This document shows positions 58,401 to 64,000 of a stretch of 64,000 bases of DNA, in pieces. The number at the start of each line of letters is the position of its first letter. Positions within the stretch are counted from its first letter, which is position 1. Made by a program: the position numbers and the translations under genes. Source of the stretch: Antedon mediterranea (Eukaryota; Animalia; Echinodermata); NCBI RefSeq assembly GCF_964355755.1, contig NC_092677.1, positions 16,452,101 to 16,516,100 on the forward strand, read 5' to 3'. The notes below the pieces were generated by a model. That model ran no database searches. It was not told the DNA's origin and saw only the letters and a program-made list of their open reading frames with translations.

Positions 58401-60644
58401 CTATGTTAAAGCCCCATTCCCTACGTTTTTTAGATCTAATTTAAGATCACAAACTATATTTAATGTAAAAATAATACTATATGGTCCTATTGCGATAACT
58501 TTTTTCGTCTTTAAACGGTTAAAAATGTGAAAAATAAATCTATTCTAATAATTATAGCGGCCCGCTATAAATCCCAAAATGCATTGCGCGCGGATTGATA
58601 TTTTTGTTTTTCACCTGTAATTCGCCCACTTTTCGATCGATCGTGAAGGCAAAACAAATGGAAGACTCCTAACTTTTCAGCGAAAATACCGGGTTTTCCC
58701 CAATTTGTATCAACAGAGTCTTGCAAAAATAGAAAGACAATTAACGATGTTCGTACGTTATCGATGTTTGCCAGCTAGGCCTACAAAACTAAGCCTAGGT
58801 AGGCTAGGCCTAAGACCGTCCACGAGAGGTCGATCGCCGCGAGCTATTTAGGTAGTGCATTGTTTCTCACTTTTTATCATAATTTACCATAAAACGTACA
58901 TTTAAGACAAGGAATGACATGGTTTAATGTTTTTAAAGTGATATATATGTATTATTTTCCAAAAAACGTTCAAAATTGCAGGGAAGGGGTCTTTAAATAT
59001 ATTTTCACGCTGCTGCTCTAGCCCGCTACGTCACACGAGATGACTCATTAATTAGATGAAATCAAGCAGCAGTATAGTACTACACTTTGACATTTTTGTT
59101 AAAATGGAAACTCCACTATAATTTATAGGTAGCAGCTGCATTTCTGGTATTTATGAGTCCCATGACAATACTGTATTTCGCTGTCAGATAATCATTGAAT
59201 TATTATCAAAACACTCCATGAAAGTTTTTGTTTGTAATATGATACTTCACACTTGAAGTATCTAAGGCGTGATGAAGTGACCCCCAGACTTAGCAATAAA
59301 ATAAACTAAATTGAGTCTGTTTCATATCAAAGTTATTCACTTCTGTAACAAAATTCACATTATAGAAAGAGAAAAGGAACGTTTAATTATAACTTAAAAA
59401 CCACATTGTCTGACAGACAATTGAAGTATTTTTTGCTTTTAATTACATTCTTTTCAGGTAAAATAACTATTATGTGACAATAAAATGACACATTCAAAAA
59501 CAAATTTGAAATAACAAATATTTTTCAGAGGGACAATATATCTTTAAAACGGTTACGTCAATAAGCGAGCAGCGTTTTTTGTAAGAAATATTTCTTGTTT
59601 AATATTACAATACAGTATATAAGTGTACGAAAATAATTGGAATAATAATTGTTTTAATTTGTATCTCATAGGATCGTGGCAATGCACAAAGCTCATGTGC
59701 TGGTCTGTTCATTGGTGCCCATATTGGATTTGACTACCCAGGCTCATGGATTCATTTAGACATTGCATCCCCCTGTTACACGGTAAGTTTATGGTTTGAT
59801 ATAGCTGTCTGGCTAAACTGGCACTGTATATGGACATTTCTGTTAGAAGCAGAAGCAAGTTCAGTTGGTTTGAGGGTGTCTAGCTATGGTGAGAATTGAG
59901 CACTGAAGAACGTTTAGGCCTTGTTTTCTATGATCCATTTAATTCAAGCCTGCTTTCCTGTCGACGTTATCGTTAAAAATCGGCGATCTTCTATGTAAAC
60001 ATTGAAATGTTAACGATTTACAAGAAAAGGTAGTCGCTATCGTTGTCAATTCAACTTGATCGTTTTCAAACGATCAGCGTTGAACTGTTAACGATCAATT
60101 ACGATAGCGTCCATTAACGTCGACAGGAAAACAGGCTTTAGTTACTGTAGCGATTTAGCAGTTGGTTAGCCTGCTTTATGATAAAGTTATACACCAGCTA
60201 AACCAGTTGTTTGCCTAACTTCTACAGTAGATAATTCTCCATTCAGTTGGTCAACTAAGAAGACAAACCTTGATAGATACACTTGGCTTAGTGGTTGACA
60301 TGCATGCTTACTAATTCTAGAGTCATTGGTTCAAATCCTGTCTGATCATCAATACAACCTTCCAGGAGACTTGATTTAGAAAGAATCGGTTCCCCAGTCA
60401 ACTGATTAGCAATTTTTTTATATCCGTCAGTTGAGTTGATTTTGAAGAATAAATAAAATAATATATATGTAACTTTCATTTCATCTTTTAGGGTGAGCGT
60501 GCCACGGGGTATGGGGTTGCCCTCCTACTCTCCTTATTTGGACGTGCATCTGAGTCCAAGCTGCTGCAATCGGTGTCACCGTTAGGAAGTTCAGCTGAAA
60601 ATCAACACGTTGAAAACGCTAGCAAGAAGATCAGGCTTGTTTAA
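52490..60644 (+). CDS. NPEPL1: NPEPL1 M17-family aminopeptidase-like 1 (~521 aa, 11 exons)
   Basis: Exons 52490-52639, 52958-53143, 53605-53865, 54296-54520, 56545-56622, 56900-57000, 57482-57536, 57851-57995, 58271-58371, 59672-59782, 60492-60644 total 1566 nt in frame. Motifs: SRHNTPS, RIVDTPCNEM, VGKGIVYDTGGLSIKGK, MPGMKRDCGGAAA, VEINNTDAEGRLVLGDG, DMATLTGAQG, GERATGYGVALL and C-terminal SKKIRLV. Confidence 0.97.
53975..54150 (-). mobile_element. Internally deleted SINE (tRNA head plus the 33.5-kb-type tail)
   Basis: The tail matches 33548-33625. The head reads tggccgagcggttaaggcg on the minus strand. Confidence 0.55.
54640..54752 (-). mobile_element. tRNA-derived SINE head that seeds the adjacent minisatellite
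   Basis: Minus strand: agtggagctgt..tagcttgatggttaacgtgcttgccttcc..agggttcaatcctgac (A-box and B-box). Confidence 0.65.
54723..56248. repeat. 26/27-bp minisatellite (aaccaccaagctacagctccactattt), roughly 55-57 copies, in NPEPL1 intron 4
   Basis: Directly visible, with a 9-aa period in the ORF track. The copy number is estimated as length divided by unit. Confidence 0.97.
58410..58992 (-). mobile_element. Kolobok-like MITE, copy 2 (inverted, with a small internal deletion)
   Basis: Reverse complement of 29257-29884, flanked by TTAA on both sides. Confidence 0.88.
59946..60138. mobile_element. Small MITE
   Basis: aagcctgctttcctgtcgacgtta ... taacgtcgacaggaaaacaggctt are inverted termini. Confidence 0.75.
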
Positions 60645-61235
60645 TTTTCATTTTCATAGGAAGTTCCCAGGTCCATCTTAGTAGGACCTAGTCGGTTGGT
60701 GATTTTGTGCAAAAAAAAATAATTATTTAAATACATTGTGGTCACAACATTTATTCTCAAAGGACCTAAAATAGTGCCCTTAATTTTAAATGAGGTGTAG
60801 CTGAAAGGTTTAAAGTAGCCCTATATGTCTCCCCAATAACTGCAATAAAGTGGCCTTTAAAGCTTTGCTTTTATTAATGGACAAGTCTCCACTATAGCAT
60901 ATTATGACATCATGTTGAAAGTAATTTTTGTAATAATTCATTCATCCTAGAAATTTTGCTATTGTCAATTTGTCATTGGATAAGTTTCTTTCAACTAGCA
61001 GGAATGATGTTATATTCTGTTTCTACGTCAGACACGCACACACATGTGTCGTATGTGGATTTTATTTATTTAATATTATAGAATATTATAAGGTATGCGT
61101 TCTTAAAATTAGTAGCTTTTACAAATTAAGATCACATAGTGAATTAAGGATAAAAATATTCATGTCCACCAAACCAAAAAGTGCTGTACTATGTACATGA
61201 TGATGCAATGTAGAATTGCGTGGGTAAAGCTCTCT

Positions 61236-61325
61236 GTCCCTCTCGGGTGTGTCAATAATCATGTGCCGTCCCCTCTCGGGTGTGTCAATCATGCACCCTG
61301 TCCCTCTCGGGTGTGTCAATCATGC
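61236..61325. repeat. ~31-bp tandem repeat x3 (gtccctctcgggtgtgtcaatcatg)
   Basis: Directly visible downstream of the NPEPL1 stop codon. Confidence 0.85.
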
Positions 61326-63017
61326 GCTGTCCACTTCCTCTTGGTGCCCATTGGTTGTAATACCAGAAATTATTGAGTGTTATTATTATTTGTAGAAAAA
61401 AATATACCAAACTGAAATTGTTTTATAGTTAGTATTTGTATAAACTGTATTGTAAGACACAGTGCCTTTGTTTGAATACTGTACTTGACTAGTGTAATCT
61501 CTCAGGGCCAGCCACAAATTTGGCAAACATCAGTTAGTGATAATTACTGGGAGATGCCATAATCATGTTTGTTTCATGGCCAGGGATCTAGGCCCAGTTT
61601 TAACTTTTATAACAATGCTGGCCTAGTGAACAGAATTCACTGCAGACTATCTGTCGGATCAGTTTTCTTTTATGAGATTATAATCAAGCACAGGAGATAC
61701 TCTGTCACATATGTTACATTTTGTCAGCTAGGATTGAACGAAAATTCACCAAAACCAAAACATATTTTCCAAAATATGTGTAAAATAGTACGGAGCTATA
61801 AACAATGTTCTATTGATTTTTTAAGAAAGATTTTTCTGAAATGCCTAGTTTATCAATTTATTATACCAAATATGGAGTACTAATAACTACTATATTTTTC
61901 CTGGAAAATTTTATAATTTATTTTAAATATTAAATGAATGTAAAATGTAATCACTACACTTAGATAATAGACATTTGTAAATTGAATAGATTAAAATATC
62001 ATTGCAGCTGTAAATATTATGGAGTATGAATTAAGCTCTGTCTACACTTTCAAACTACTGTAGTTTGACAACAAAATTATGATGTGCCCAAATATGGTAG
62101 TGATACCCAAATATGGTATTGATATGTCATCATGTCCATATATTGGCACATCACATCTTTTGTCAAATAAAGCTTTAGAGTGTGTTATCGTCCTTTCATT
62201 CAAACTGCATATAAAAATACTTTGCCATAATGTGTGGCTATTCACTGAAACCTTACACATTATAACTTCCCAATCTCAGGCACCAGAGTAAATATCATAT
62301 ATCATAAAGATGACAATTATGATTTCCTTGTGATCTGCTCGTGATACTGACTTGATCATAAGTAAATCCTAATACTGATAATATTTACTGTAGTTTTTTT
62401 GCAAGGCTTTAGTTAGTGTTCTTGCTCATAAGCAGATCATGAGTAAATCCTAATAAGCCTACTGCTCAATATGTTAGTTACTGGGATTGGAAGATTAACT
62501 GTAAGGTTTCAGCTTAGTGAAAGCATATGTTTATTTCTCACGAGAAGATCATGAGCAAATCCTAATAATGATCAATATTTACTGTAATTATTGGGTTTCA
62601 GTTAGTGAAGACATGTTCTAAATCCTAATAGGTCTACTGATCAATATTGTATTTACAGTAGTTAATGGTAGATATGTGTAAGGTTTCAAGTTTTGTGAAG
62701 ACATGTGCTTGAGCATGATTAGATCATGAGCAAGTTAAGATAAAAAAAATAGCTCATGTGATTGTAAAAATATAGTAGTGTAGTACTGTAGTACCTTTGA
62801 ATAGAATTGTAATACTAGTTGAATTTGATTGAAAAGAAGGAGACTCGAAAGAATGAAATTCTGGACTAATTTTCAATCTTTTATTGTCCTGTGTTTTATA
62901 TGAATGTAACACACATACATTATTTATACACAGTATATGTTATTTCTGTAATCATTGATGTCAATAAAAGAGCCAAATGTTGCAATAGACAGTTTTTGTA
63001 AGCTTTTCTGGTCAGTG

Positions 63018-63060
63018 CATATATACATATATATATATATACATATACATATATATATAC
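63018..63060. repeat. (TA)n/(TACA) microsatellite
   Basis: catatatacatatatatatatatacatatacatatatatatac. Confidence 0.9.
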
Positions 63061-63171
63061 AATTTTTGTTAAAAATTACACAAATTTTATTCATTATTTA
63101 AACTGCATGATACTATACAGTATATAAAAATATCAAAATGTAAATAGTACTATGTTATTACAGTATTATTT

Positions 63172-63380
63172 CTTTATACTGGGTGACATCTTCAGTCAAA
63201 GACGGTTCTCCCAGTCAGGCTGTTTAAAGTGCACATGAGCTAGTGTACACTGGCCCTACGATTTATAGTCCTTATCCGAAAAGACCAGACCCATAGAGCG
63301 AGTAATTACAGTTCCATTGTCTTAAATAAATAATGGCTACATATAAATCGAACGATTGATTGATTAACCGCTCGGCCACT
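63172..63380 (-). mobile_element. Degenerate Deu/Nin-type SINE copy
   Basis: atactgggt..cttcagtcaaagac, ttaaagtgcaca, tttatagtccttatccga and ttaaccgctcggccact match the 16663/35232 family, with deletions. Confidence 0.75.
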
Positions 63381-64000
63381 AACTACAGTATATGGTTATA
63401 TATATAAATATAAAAATATTTTAGTAGGAATGTATACATATAGCAAAATTTCAATATATTATTTATACATTTTTGTTCTAATTTTAAAGCTTAACTAATA
63501 GGAGGAAAGTACTCAAATAAAAACAATTAATCTTTAGTTAGACCGGCGTTCTGCAAACTTTTAATTATCTTGGCTCAAAGTTTGCAGAAAGTCGAGTTAA
63601 GCATCAATGAAATCTATATTTATATATGTCTAAAAATTATATTTGCCCAAAAAAAGAATTACAGCAACTCTGAATTAAACACAACAGAAGGAAACTAAAA
63701 AGAAAGTAAAAAGGCCACCAGAAAGATAAAAATATAACTGGATAAACCAAATAAAAAAAGATTTAAAAGACTTTAGTACAATATCAAACCATCCTGCCCA
63801 AAATAGACAAATATGGGAAAAAATCCTGGAAAGCGTAATGTCTGAGAGAAAGTGTTAGAAAGTCACACTAAATAAGGTGTGTCTATAACTGAGGCTCCGA
63901 CTCCTACACCGCCCTCATCTACACCATTTGGTTTTGTTCTTACTAAATGTCCTGCAAAGTCGTTCATTACAGCATTTTTTTTGTCACTAGAAAAAAAATA

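Overview
AT-rich, intron-rich animal DNA. It is probably from an invertebrate deuterostome, inferred from human-like intron positions and Deu/Nin- and Meta-type SINEs. From left to right it holds: a nest of transposons at 1-8.7 kb (decayed BEL/Pao LTR retrotransposon, a TIR-flanked Gypsy-type integrase fragment, a Gypsy LTR with a tRNA-Glu PBS, a LINE RT fragment); a 4-exon gene for a ~175-aa divergent TIR-domain-only protein; TRIP13/Pch2 (- strand, 12 coding exons); a ~9-kb MITE/Kolobok-filled spacer; BRD9/BRD7 (+, 13 exons); gigaxonin/GAN (-, 7 exons); and NPEPL1 (+, 11 exons, one GC-AG intron). The four conserved genes form two head-to-head pairs. Exon structures were assembled by hand from splice signals and reading-frame continuity. 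Orthology calls rest on remembered human protein sequences, not a database search. The most striking unexplained pattern is that several tandem repeats are built from functional signals. Four straddle exon-intron junctions and multiply splice sites, and one of these creates an array of candidate in-frame 21-nt microexons in BRD9. A fifth is an amplified Pol III A-box from a SINE head.
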